Shown: in pieces, positions 11,394-34,609 of the stretch
Numbering within the stretch: the first letter of the stretch is position 1
Layout: each line of letters opens with the position of its first letter
Notes under the pieces: generated by a model
Databases searched by the model: none
Seen by the model: the letters and a program-made list of their open reading frames with translations, nothing else
What the model was told of the DNA's origin: nothing
Translations under genes and position numbers: made by a program
Origin: the human T2T-CHM13v2.0 reference genome, Homo sapiens
Assembly (NCBI RefSeq): GCF_009914755.1
Contig: NC_060927.1
DNA: 64,000 bases
Direction: 5' to 3' (one strand)

Positions 11394-12139
11394 CAGCAAG
11401 AAATATATACTTTCAATCCCAAGTGGCTTTCTCTCTGCTTTCCTGGGTAACGGTCCATTAATCAATCAGAGGGAGTGCCTATCGGAGGAAGATATGAACA
11501 CGTGGCATTTATTCACTGTGGGGCTTTTGAGACTCCAGTTGTTCCTACTATGAGATGTATAAGCATCATTATGTGAGTCATTTAAAATGTTCCTAACAGA
11601 AAGCTCAGGGTAGAGTTCTAGACAGATCCATTCTTCTCTGAGAAGGGATGGCTGAAGGCATGGCATGAGAATTTCAATAAATAATTTACATTAATTCACA
11701 AGCATTACTGATTTGGCACAATCAAATTGAAGTCAGCTGGAGGATATTAATGTTCATTGCCAAAACGGCATCTTTTCTGTAGTTTCATTATTCAATTTTT
11801 TCTCCCATTTTGATTTTTTTTAAATGATACTATTTTGAAACCTTGCTTCAGAGAATGACCTCTCAAATCATTTAAGCCACTTTCTAAAATACATTTTTGT
11901 CTTTATCTGTATTGCTACCCCTCAAAATCCATCAGTAAATCTTGCAGGTCAAAAATCACAATTCTTGACACATTTACTTTTCATCTTTCTTTTTTCACAG
12001 TCATCTTATTAGCAACTGGATCACATGGTTTTTCAGTTGGCAGTCTTAAATTGAATCATATCCATCCATAAAGTAAGGCCACTTACCTGTCCTTTCGGGA
12101 CTATAAAGGACCTTGTTCAAGTATATCTCTTTTATCTTG

Positions 12140-12219
12140 ATAAGACAGACGACTCAATGAGACAGACAATCGTCAATAAGACAGACCTCAATAAGACAGA
12201 CAACTCAATAAGACAATCA
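12140..12219 (+). repeat. Minisatellite, about 4.5 copies of ATAAGACAGACAACTCA
   Basis: Units start at 12140, 12157, 12176, 12191 and 12208. Confidence 0.9.
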
Positions 12220-12528
12220 TCATTTCACATGATACAAGATGAAATTCAAACATAAACTTTGGCACTCAGCTTGATGGAACATTTCCAAATTCTATACTTT
12301 GTTCCAGATGTGATGTCATGTGGCGTAAGGAGAGCTTGATTTTATTTTTCTTTCTCTTGCACTTCTTACAAGAATACAATTGAGCACCCATTTTTTAACT
12401 GAAGCTAAAGCAGAAAGGAGGAGGGGCTTGAGGCAGCCTGGGAAGCCCCAGACAGAAGAATTGCTCTCTAAAAATTTGAAATGTCAAAGCATGAAAACCA
12501 TAGGCCCTTCCACACATCCACAGACACT

Positions 12529-12623
12529 TCAGTACTTGAGGACACATAGGTAAAATATAAATCAGGTGTAGGAGGAAGACTTGTCAGCATATATAGGCAA
12601 TCTGAGCCTGCAGTACATTTAAA
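12529..12623 (+). repeat. Copy B of a 95-bp dispersed direct duplication
   Basis: Ungapped match to 11299-11393 at an offset of 1230 bp. Confidence 0.9.
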
Positions 12624-14479
12624 ACATTCGGTTGTTAATTTGTTTCTAAAAGATAGAAGTATTTGCAATGGGTTAAAAAATATAAGAGCAGAGATTTTAT
12701 ACTAATTCACATTTCACAAACTTTTTCTCAATAGCATGAGCAACTATTCCAGACTCTGAACATGACATCCTCAATCCCTTCTAACTAGAGAGCCATGCAA
12801 GTACATTTTCACAATATCAGATACACCCACCGTGCTGGGAGTGAAAAAGTCACAAAACATTTAGCTTTGTGAGAAATTTGCAGTTTTAAGAAAGTGGTTA
12901 AGAATTTCTAAGACAAAAACACATTGACTGAAATCTACAAGTTCATCATCTTTGTTCCTTCAAACATCTAGAGCATGTTACAGTTTACTTCCCAAAACTA
13001 CTCATTCTTGATGTTCAGAGTCTTTCTTTTTGAGGTCACATTATAATTATGCATTGAGGCATTTCCTGACTCTCCTGTTCATGATCTATAGACCATATAT
13101 CTATTGATAAATTCCAGGAAAACCCCTCTCCAAACTTCTACCAGGTAAATGGATTTTGGAAATTTCAAGCTATAGTTTCAAGCTTTCATGTCTTATCCCT
13201 AAAATAAAACAACACTTGCACTTTTTTTTGTCCTGCCTGTCTGATTAAATTTCACAATTTTCTACTCTAAATATGTTGAGTTCTTGTATATTTCTGCCAG
13301 GTTTTTTACCAACAGAAAAGGACAAAGAATATGTCAATGGTCTAGTAAGATTCAGAGAGTACATCATTTAGTATTAAAGGTGTACTCAATAGGCCTAGGA
13401 TGATAGATGCCATCTAGTCTCTGGTGTGTTCCTTCCGAATGTATCATTGTGTTTAATCACAGCCCAGATGAGCTCAAAATGATTCTGCTTCCTCTATTTG
13501 CTGGAAATAATGTATGGCGTTATCCACTTTGAGATTCAGAGGGAGATTGTTGTCTGTGCACAAATGAGGAGGTGCCAGGAGTGACACTCAATACATAAGA
13601 TTATTCCTATCGATCCATCTTAGAAGGGGAAAGCTTGTGTTCTTGGGCGTCAGAAGGAGTGCTGGTTCCACTTAATCACAGAAGAGAAATGTGCTTACAC
13701 ACCACCCTGTCCTTAGAACAAATCCACTGCCTTGGAAAATTCAAACATACTGAATTAATCCCCATGCTTAAGTGTTAATAAGGAAAGTGGAGAGGGGGAG
13801 AGGAAAAGAACCAACAATAATTTTCAAGACATTAAACTTTAACACACTGCTTTGAGGTCCAGAATTCATGTGTGGAGAAATGACTTTTACATGTTAGACG
13901 AATGCTTTTATTTTTAGGTGTTTAAATTGTAAGACTCAAAATAAGGTAGTTGAAAGGAAGCAGAGGTATTTTTTCTTTTCTTATGGAGGTAGCTTCAGAC
14001 AGATCAAATTGTAGCAGGCTATTGGTTCAATCTCCTTCAATTATCGCCAAGCCCTATGGAACATGTTATCTCATATTCCTTTCCTCTGTCTTTCCAAATT
14101 CCTACAGCCTGGTAAAGGAGCAAGAGATTCTCAGGTGGAGAAGCAGTGGCAAGTTCTAATAATACCTAACTTCATAACACTTCTCATCCAGGCTAATCAT
14201 TTGGCAATTAGTCATGAACTGCTATGTAACTTCACACATTCTTCTGTTGATCTTTAAACCTTTAAAGTTAGTTTACTGTGTTTTTTCTTTATTATTTACT
14301 AATCTTTCATAATTATGCATGCACGTGATTATTTATTGCAAATTCAATCTTCTTTTTGTCATTTCTTTCTAATCTTTACCCAAAACAACACAAAGCAAAA
14401 CTTTCCTTTCACACTGTTATTTATGTCTCCTTTACTCTGCAGTCAGACTGAAGTATAAAGTATTTTATACTTATTTCTA

Positions 14480-15160
14480 ATCCCTTCTAATCCTCATTTG
14501 TCATCTCTCCTCAGCATCTAGAAATCTGAATTCTGTCTTGACCACACCCTTGAAAATACTCTTGCAAAGCTAACCACTGACCTTGTAACTCCTTGGATAT
14601 CAGATATACCCTGGAAAGGGTGAATACTATGTTTATATTTACTCCTCCTGGAATGTTTCTGTTCCTGTTTGAATCTATAATATCACTGCCACCTGGTTTT
14701 TCTCCAGAATTTTTACTCAAACTTTGTATATTTTGTTCACTGCTTGTTTATATTTCCTTTCTACATTTTCTCCTTGGCTTTCAAAGTTTCTGCTATTTTT
14801 ATACTCTGAGCAAGCACATGAATGCCATTGATCCCACTCTTGTTTTCTACTGACAGTTGTCTTATATGTTTCACATTTACTTCAAATTTCCAAAATTCTC
14901 CAAATTCTTTCTAAATCTGCCATTCCTCATGCCTCTTCTCTCAGCTAAAGGCAATAATCTCCACACAATTATTGCAGATACAATTCTTAAGAGTTGTGTA
15001 TCAATCCTACTTCTCCCCCTTAGTCTTAACATTCTATGTCTCCTAGAGCATATATGTTTGTAACATCCATCACTTTTACTTCCCCGGGCTCCAACTTCTC
15101 TTTGCCTAGACCCAGAATTATTTTAAAAGCTTCCTAATTTAGTTCCATGTTACTATCCTC
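14480..15160 (+). mobile_element. L2 fragment
   Basis: ACCACACCCTTGAAAATACTCTTGCAAAGCTAACCACTGACC and a CT-rich downstream segment typical of the L2 ORF/3' region. Confidence 0.6.
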
Positions 15161-15350
15161 TTCATTGCTATTAACCTTATATTGTTTCCAGATTGCTATT
15201 AACCTTATATTGTTTCCATATATATAATTAGTACAAAAGATGCCACATCTCACAAGCACCATTCATATGGCAGACATTACAGATTTTTATATTTTATTAT
15301 GGCAAATTTTCAGCAGATGACAGTATGGTCCTTTATCCTAACAAAACTAG

Positions 15351-16624
15351 TGTGTCTGGAATTGGTGGGTTCCTGGTCTCGCTGACTTCAAGAATGAAGC
15401 CGTGGACCCTCACGGTGAGTGTTACAGTTCTTAAAGATGGTGTGTCCGGAGTTTGTGCCTTCTGATGTTTGGACATGTCCGGAGTTTCTTCCTTCTGGTG
15501 GTTTCCTGGTCTCACTGCCTTCAGGAGTGAAGTTGCAGACCTTCGCGGTGAGTGTTACAGCTCATAAAGGCGGCACATCTGGAGTTGTTCATTCCTCCCA
15601 GTAGGTTCATGGTCTCGCTGGCTTCAGGAGTGAAGCTGTGGACCTTTGCTGTGAGTGTTATAGCTCAAAAAGGCAGTGTAGACCCAAAGAGTGAGCAGCA
15701 AGATTTATTGCAAAGAGCAAAAGAACAAAGCTTCCACAGTGTGGAAGGGGACCCCAGCGGGTTGCTGCTACTGGCTCCGGCAGCCTGCTTTTATTCCCTT
15801 ATCTGACCCCACCCACATCCTGCTGACTGATCCATTTTACAGAGAGCTGATTGGCCCATTTAACAGAGAGGTGATTGGTCCGTTTTGACAGGGTGCTGAT
15901 TGGTGCATTTACAAACCTTGAGCTAGACACAGTGCTGATTGGTGCATTTACAGTCCTTTAGCTAGACATAAAATTTCTCCAAGTCCCCACCTGACTGAGG
16001 AGCCCAGCTGGCTCCATCTAAGGGATCTCACGCCAGGGCTGCGGGCGGAGCTGCCCTCCAGTCCCATGCCAAATGTCCACACTCCACACTGGTAGCTGGG
16101 ACCAGGCGCCGCGGAGCAGGGGACAGTGCCCGTTGGAGAGGCTTGGGCTGTGCGGGAGCCCACCGGTTGGGGCAGGGGGCTCAGGCATGGTGGGCTGCAG
16201 GTCCCACGCCCTGCCCCGCGGGGAGGCAACTGAAGCCTGGCAAGAATTCGAGCGTGGTGCGGGTGGGCCAGCAGTGCTGGGGGACCCAGCACACCCTCCA
16301 CAGCTGCTGGCCCAGGTGCTAAGCCCCTCACTGCCCGGGGCCAGTGGCGCCGGCCAGCTGCTCCGAGTGCGGGGCCACCGAGACCACGCCCACCCAGAAC
16401 TTGCACTGGCTTATGAGCACTGCATGCAGCCCTGGTTCCTGCCCGTGCCTCTCCCTCCACATCTTCCCGCAAACAAAGGCAGCTGGCTCTGGCCTTGGCC
16501 AGCCCAGAGAGGGGCTCCCACAGTGCATTGGCAGTCTGAAGGGCTCAAGTGCAGCCAGAGTGGATGCCGAGGCTGAGGAGGTGCTGAGAGCGAGCGAGGG
16601 CTGCTAGCATGTTGTCACCTCTCA
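15351..16624 (-). mobile_element. Solo ERV9 LTR, LTR12D-like (1274 bp)
   Basis: The reverse complement starts TGAGAGGTGACAACATGCTAGCAGCCCTCGCTCGCTC and ends CCCACCAATTCCAGACACA. GC-rich U3, U5 tandem repeats, and a perfect 4-bp TSD CTAG (15347-15350 / 16625-16628). Confidence 0.95.
15785..15945 (-). promoter_or_regulatory. LTR12 core promoter: four CCAAT (NF-Y) boxes and an AATAAAA TATA-like box, firing toward lower coordinates
   Basis: TGATTGG near 15848, 15872, 15897 and 15936, and CTTTTATTCC near 15788 on the + strand. Confidence 0.7.
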
Positions 16625-17103
16625 CTAGTATATTAATACAATTTTTTTCAATGTAAGGAGGGAAAATGACTTTAGAAAGAAATATCACGTACTAATTTGC
16701 TCATAGGTGCCACATAGGGTGGCTGGGCCTAAATAAAGTTGGATTTCTAGAATATAGATTGACTCTGAGTTTTTCTGGTTAAGTTTTCTACCTGTTATGT
16801 CGTTTGTAGAATATAATCTAAACTCTTTAGCAAGTTGTACAAGACTCTGCTCAACTCTATGCATAATGTCTTTCATACACATCCTGGTTTCAGCCCCACT
16901 TTGGAGATTTGGTGCCACAACTCTCAGTGTTTTACTCAGTTAGATTCTCTCCATCTTCTTCCCACTCTTCTCAATCTACTTACCAAAATCCTTCTGATGA
17001 GATACTCCTAAGTATCATTGATTAATTTCTTCACTCATGCATTTATATCTAGCATTATAGTGAGTATGCAATTGTGCATAATTTGTTTTAGTTAGGACTT
17101 ACT

Positions 17104-17173
17104 ACATAGGTTGGATCATATGAAATTACCATAAAATTGATCAACTATTGGCAATTTCATATAGCTGAAACTA
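17104..17173. mobile_element. MADE2 (mariner-derived palindromic MITE)
   Basis: TAGGTTGGATCATATGAAATTACC...GGCAATTTCATATAGCTGAAACTA inverted termini. Confidence 0.75.
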
Positions 17174-17234
17174 TTGTTTTACCATTTACAAATAAAATTG
17201 CTTTTTATAAGTAATTTATTTTTATATTAAACCA

Positions 17235-17392
17235 CGAGTCTGCTTTGATACGACCCATACACCAAGAATGGTTTTTACACCTCAGATATTTGTAAAATGA
17301 TAAGAGAAAAATGCGGCAGAGATATTTTGTGACCCACTAAGCCTAAAATATTTATATCTGGTGCCTATACAGAAAAAGTTTGCAGACTCCTG
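17235..17392. mobile_element. MER58-family hAT fragment
   Basis: AAGAATGGTTTTTACA...AAGCCTAAAATATTTATATCTGG...TACAGAAAAAGTTTGCAGACTCCTG. Confidence 0.75.
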
Positions 17393-18840
17393 CACTAAAC
17401 TATTATTTATTTGGGGTAGACCTTTGTTTTGTCAACATATAGCACGGTGCTTGGAACTCTTTATGTGCTTAATAAAGCTTTCAAACTGAACTAAATGACT
17501 GATCAATTTTCTAAGAAATAACATAGGGTTAAAATAGTCCTGATACATATATTTTTTGTTCTCTTCAATAGAGGCTGTTTGAAAAATAGGAAACACAGAC
17601 ATTACTATTTTGAGCACACTTTTCAGCTCACCCAAACCCAGAAGTCTGTGATCAAGAACATTATAGTCAAATGATCTAAAGCAGTGGTTTTCTTATGTTG
17701 CAAGGAACAAGGTGTCTGGGTCAGAATTATCTGTCAGTAATGTGAAAAAATCCTGAGATGAACTAGGGGTGGTGGTGGGAAGGAGTGTATGTGACATAGG
17801 GCTGCTATTAGCTTTAACATTTGTTGACACTGGAAGTCTTAGAAAAAAATTCTTTCCCCAAACTGAAGCATTGCAAAGTGTTTAAGAACCTTGTCCAAGA
17901 GCCCAGGCACTTCATCACTGGCTACACTCCCGCTGAAGAAGTGATCCCGAAAAGATTGCTCTTAAATAAAAAAATGTGAACGTGTGCTTGGCAGCTGCAG
18001 CACAGGAAAGAAAAATTCTGCTTGGAGCAGCAGCCTTTCCCTATATTTTGTACACTCATTTTTTTTCTCCTTTTCTCTCACTTTTTACTTAAATTTTTAT
18101 TTTTGCTGTATCCTGACAGGTTTGAGACAAAGGATCTTTTTCAGCATTTTCCTGAAAATAGGATCTCCTGAAATAATTTAGTGAATTAAACCCAACCCTT
18201 CACAGTTAATCTCAAAAGGTATTGTTGGTATTTTCACCATGATGTTTAAGTGCTTTGGAAATGTAGCATTATCGAAACACTCATTTCCTGTTTTAGGTCT
18301 GTGCCATATCACAGCTGTGCTCAATTAAGGCCTTTTGAAAAACAGCAGAAAAGAAAGAAAACAATGTATTTTCCCCTCTGTTCTTTGTAATTCTTTGTAA
18401 TAAATAAATAAATAAATAAACCCAACACTTTCAATTGGAACACCTCCCTCAGTGCTTTTGGAATTATAGATGTATTAAAATATCATTTCTAAGCACTAGG
18501 AAAGAAAGCTCATTTCCAACTAAACAAATAGTGTAAGGAAGTTCTTTATTTTCAACTGTATCCCAGACTTGCTACAATTTCTTATTGAACTTCATAACTG
18601 CCAAACTAAGTCATTTTATAAAGCCACAATGAAAAGCTTTTTTCATGTTGCAAATACAACAGTGACTCAGGGACTAGGAATTCAAGGTACAATCTTTCTC
18701 AAGAAAGTGAAAAATATGCAAAATTAAAGCATAGGTATAACTCTCAGTCCAAATTTAGGTATTCAATATTGAACTCTCTTAATCTTTTAGCTGTTTTTTT
18801 GCCTCTATTTCCCCCTCATGCTGGTATACAACCATCAGAG

Positions 18841-19092
18841 ACATTGGTCTTAAACATGGCTGTGACAGTGTTGCTGCCGGATGTGATCAGTGACACCCTA
18901 GCAACTAAAAGTGCTGATTATGAATGTTGGATGAGCGTCAAAACCTTCTGCAGAGCTGTTAAAGTGTGTATATGCTCCTCTCCATCCCAAGAGTTTCTAG
19001 GTCATTGGGTCTGGGTTGAGGATACACACATCTGCCTATCCAAAACTCATCCAGAGGATTCTGATGTGCAGAACTCAGGCAGACAATCACTG
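18841..19092. mobile_element. MER5-like hAT element
   Basis: CATTGGTCTTAAACATGGCTG start and GGATTCTGATGTGCAG...AATCACTG end. Confidence 0.45.
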
Positions 19093-19436
19093 GGTCATAG
19101 AACAAGAGTCAAACCCTTCAGCGTGACGTATAAAACTTTTCACAGTTGGGCTCATTATACATTTCAAGCCCACTGAGCACATATTAGGACTGATCTTCAA
19201 TGACTTCTGAACAGAATTTGATAGGACTGACTACTTCTGACTTAGAAAATGCTTCCTGTTTGTATTCAGACAACACAGACATCCTTTTCCTTGGGCCGCT
19301 TCATCCTCTTCTTCTTTTGTCTGTTTTTCTTTTTCTTCCAATATCTGAAATAATGGTGTTGCATGGCTACGTTTATCGTCATTGCCGGTATTCTCTTTTT
19401 GTCACATATTATTTATTCTATAACGTAAATTACCTT

Positions 19437-19640
19437 GATGGTTAAGAGCATCACTCTGGACTAAGGGTGCCTGGGTTCAATCCTAGCTCTGCCACTTACT
19501 AAGCTCTTTGTGCCTTTGTTTACTTATTTACAAAATAGAAAAATTTAATCTACATCAAAGAATTATTATGAGGATTTATGGAGTGATAGTGTAAAGCACT
19601 TAGAAAAATAACTAGAATATAGTAAGTTCTCAATAAGCAT
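19437..19640 (+). mobile_element. MIR
   Basis: TGGTTAAGAGCAT...TGCCTGGGTTCAATCCTAGCTCTGCCACTTACTA...GTAAAGCACTTAGAA...TAGTAAGTTCTCAATAA. Confidence 0.85.
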
Positions 19641-19649
19641 TTGGTGTCC

Positions 19650-20625
19650 TTATGATTACTGCCTTTATGTCGATGCCTCACCAATCTATTCCTTCAGCTC
19701 AAACTTTACTCTTCAATCCTATAGCTACCACATCTAACTCTCTACCTCACATTTCCACTCAGAGATCATGCAAATTCCAAGAAAGTAATACTTCTAAAAG
19801 TGAACTCCTGTTCTCATCTACCAGGATGCTCTTTCTTGTAGAACCCATAGCTTAACGAGAAACATCACCACCAATCCAGATGCTTAAGATAGAAAACTAG
19901 GCATCAAACCTAATAACATTCTCTTATCCTCCACATCAAATCCATCACCAAGACCTGTTGATTTGAGTGTTCAGATTTTTCCACTTCTCTTGAATGCCAC
20001 TTGTCAGAACCTTATATAGAACCACCTCGACTTCCTTCCCTTTTTAGTATGTCACCTGTGACCTTTCAAGTATTGTCCTATTTCTATTCAATACTCTACG
20101 CTTCAAACACAGTAAACATTTTAAATCATGTCAGTGACCACACAAATAAATCCAATGGCTTTTCAGTGCCTTCGGAATGGAATTAAAAATCCTTCTTGTA
20201 GCTAACCATATCTTTCTTGGTCTTCCTTGTTGACATCTTCTACCCTACATCATTCCCAACATTGTACTCTATATTCAGCTTCGGCTGAAATCTTTCGTGT
20301 TTCCTAACATCACCTCCTGGGTCTCTGACCTTTTGTATGACCTCTTCTCTGCCTGGAACACTCTATTACCCACCAATTTGCCCCAGCCAAGATCTAGCTT
20401 CTCCTGACAGCTCTCTTAACATTCCAGGTCCCAATTAGGTGTTACCTCTAGGTGCACCTTAGTTTCTGTCATACTTATGCCATTATTATTTTGTAATTGC
20501 TATATCCACTCTTAGACTATTACTTCGAGGCAGGAACTCAGTTATTTTTCTCTGTATAACAGTTAGCACACTGCTTGGCACATAGAAACATACAAGAAAT
20601 GTGGTGCATAAATGAATAAATATAT
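19650..20625 (+). mobile_element. L2 3' portion
   Basis: CCTCTTCTCTGCCTGGAACACTCT...TAGCACACTGCTTGGCACATAG...AAATGAATAAAT, the L2 3' terminus. Confidence 0.75.
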
Positions 20626-20757
20626 GAATATGCAAATTCTTTATCACATGCATTATATTTGATTCATATTAAACTTTGATTTTATCTACACCTATATTGA
20701 GACTCCTTATGATTGTCTTTCCTAGCATATATAAATATAAATAAATTTTAAACTTCT

Positions 20758-23000
<2,243 letters not shown>

Positions 23001-24045
23001 TAATACAAATGTGAAGTATAATCATTCCCTGACATAACAAATTTATTATGGAAAACGTATTTGGAATAATAGCAGTAATTCCAAATCCTGTAAGTACTGG
23101 CCCTTTGGGTGTTCATCCAAAGCCTTCCATGACTGTGGGTAACCACAGCATCTTTGACATTAATCTGAGCATCATCTGAGATTTTTTATTCTTCCTGATT
23201 TCTGGTTTCTGGCCCCATTAACCTGTAAAATCTGGATTTTATTTATTCTAATACCAACAAAACAAGTACCTTATTTTAGAAAGGAGGTGAATCAAAATAC
23301 CTGAAATGAACACATGGGAAAGACATTACTTAAGTTTCCAAGGAGAGCCAATGCTTATACAAGATATAATATAAAACCTGGAAGAGGTTTTAAATATCAA
23401 GTCCAATCCATTCATTCTGTAGAAGAAGAAAGCAATGATTTAGCCAGACAGGTTATGTAACTGGCCACAAATCACCATGATACTTATTAGCAGAATTGAA
23501 TTTGAATTTGTTCAATCCTGAGCACTTTATGCTCACTCTCATGGCTTAGGAGAACTTTTATGTAAAGCTTTATAAATTCCTTTTAACCTAAGCTAGTGAT
23601 TGATTACTTAGGAAAATTCACAGATTACACTGGCTGTCAAAGTATTAAAGAAAATACCATTGTGATTATTCTTCAAATGACCTGTCTACATTTAAAAAGT
23701 TTCTCAGACCAGAAATAAATATATACTTCCTTGGCTCCGGAAGGAGTGAGAAGGGGCAACCTAGTGGGTGAGACAAGGGAGAGGAACAAAAATGCAGCAA
23801 AGGTCAAGCAAAGTAAAAAGCTATCAAACAACAAATAAAGCCAATGATATTTTGGAAAAATTTTAAGATTTAATATGTAAAATATGTTTTCCAGTTTTAT
23901 TCAGTTATCTTTGCAATCCTGATTTCCTGTACTTTTAAGGTATAGAAAAGGGGAGATGACTTGGTTACTATGGGGCAAAATAAATACACTCCTATTAATG
24001 CTGTCCTTATAGGATTGTCTTAGGACTATAGCTGTCAATCTAAGT

Positions 24046-32091
<8,046 letters not shown>

Positions 32092-32604
32092 TAGATTTAG
32101 AATTTTTATGCAGATTCCTGCCTATGCATGCATGTCTTTGTCTCCAAAGAATTAGTATCTAATTCTCAGGTCTCTCTCTCATCAGTCATTAGTCCATTCT
32201 TCATTCTGCCACCACATTTCTTCCCAAACCAGATGATATATCATAATGCTAGACTTTCCCAATAAACCACATCTCCAGGCATGTATGATTGTTGTTTAAA
32301 TCCAACAAATCTCAATGTTGTATGTCATCTCAAAATAGATAACTACTGAAGTATTGGTAGGATAATTCTTCACTATTAGCTGTACTAGAAGAGCTTCATA
32401 TTGTCCATAGTCCGTTGCCTGACAGGAAAGTTCATTTATTCTCTGGCCCAACTAACCTTTCCAGCTTTATTTTCTTTCAATATTTCATCCCCTCACTTCT
32501 CCTTTCTTATCCCACCTCAGTACACTTAAATTCTCACACTCCTTTCCCAGTCATGCAAACACTCCCTGAACATCTCATCATGCTCATTACCTCCTTCTAT
32601 ATGA

Positions 32605-33072
<468 letters not shown>

Positions 33073-34609
33073 CCATCTCCATCTCTTTAACATTTTCATA
33101 TTAAACAACTCATGAGATAATGAATAAACTTTGAATGCCAATTTTATATCTTTTTATTTTCCTTTGAAGGAAACATCTAAGTTAGTTATCCAAATTAGCA
33201 TATTTTTATTCCTATAGGCAGAATTCCTTGGGAGTCAGTTTATAATCAGAAGGTAGTTTAGGTAGTGTGAGATTAAAACAGCATATTAGGACATTCATGA
33301 GTTTACTGTCACCATGTCAGCTCAGTCATATTTATCCTTCTTCACAATAGAAAGTCACAGGGGAAATCCTGATGTTTAACATCCTCTCCATGGGCAGAGT
33401 TCTCAGGGCTCTGCCAACATCGTCTCTGAGCTTTCATGCCCTTCACTTTCATAGCTGGCCAATGTGTTCTCTCTTCAGACATCTTTGCACCTTCACTCAC
33501 GTTGCAGTTTAGTGTCACTGACACAGGAGCCAATCTCTTTAAGATGATTTTCCAGACATATGCATTAATCTACAACATGCATATTTTAAAGTTCAAAGAG
33601 GACAGTTCTATTTTTCTTTTTTTCTGTCTTTCTATGAAAACTTACCTGCCACCTTCACTGGCCTCATTGCGCTAGTATATATTTATCAAACTATTGTAGT
33701 GGCTTCTGTATATATTTTCAGAGCAAGCATATGCCCTCAATTTTAGTATAAATATCATATTTTTGCATAACAGATACTAGTTCTGTTCAAGCAAATTTGT
33801 CAATGATAGGTGAGATATCTTAAAAATAACTACTTCCACCAAGTTGCCACAAAATCTGTCATTATCATCGTGACACTTCTGGTTGATTACATTTAGGCAT
33901 ATTAAAATTCTTAAAAATAGAAGGTAAAAAACTAACATTTGTGAAAATCTACTGTGTATTAGATATTTTATATTAGTTTTATCTCTACTATGCAAAACTA
34001 CCAAAAGGTAAAAAGAAAATTATTATCCCCTAGGTAACTAGAGATAAGAAAGAATAAATAGTTCCAGTTGCATAGCTGGTAGGTGTTATAACAAGTTTTT
34101 TAAGCCAATATTTTTCACAAAGTTTCAGAACCCAGAGTCTCAGGAGAAAAGGAGGGAAGTAAGGCATATTTAAGGAGCATGGGGATAAAATAGGACTGGG
34201 CCTACACAACTTTATATAAAGGTATTGACATCTGTAGGGAGAACAAAGAAGCAAAAAGAAAGCCTCTTTCATGGAGCTACCAGAAAAGTGAAGACCAAAT
34301 TTGCCTATAATGAATATAATTGAGATGCAACCTGATAGAAACTGGGAGCTATTAGCCAGTCAGCTCATGGTTTCAGAAAGAGTTTTTATGAAGAAAGAGG
34401 GTAGAGGGCTAAGATTTCAAAAAGAAATATTTCTTGGAAATGGTTTTTCTCTTTTTTCTCTTTTCATAAGAATGGAGAAACTTTCTACTAATATTCTTCT
34501 GAGAAACTTCCTATAGTTGTTTATTTTCAGGAATGATACTGAGCTCATTTTTCAAAGCACCTGAATGGGAATGTCCTCAATTTTGTAGAGAGCATCTACA
34601 ATAAACCTA

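Noticed and set aside
12140-12219. Repeat-spacer appearance suggesting a CRISPR-like array (also 41180-41705)
   Set aside because: Eukaryotic DNA, head-to-tail units with no unique spacers, and no cas genes.
15333-16607. Cluster of overlapping 60-174-aa ORFs
   Set aside because: A by-product of GC-rich, stop-poor LTR12 sequence.
18769-19176. 135-aa ORF with a hydrophobic N-terminus
   Set aside because: Starts at TTG, overlaps MER5-like and L2-like remnants, and has no recognisable domain.
33638-33655. ACTTACCTG resembling the 5' end of U1 snRNA (also 12081)
   Set aside because: The following sequence is not U1. It is simply the complement of a consensus splice donor.
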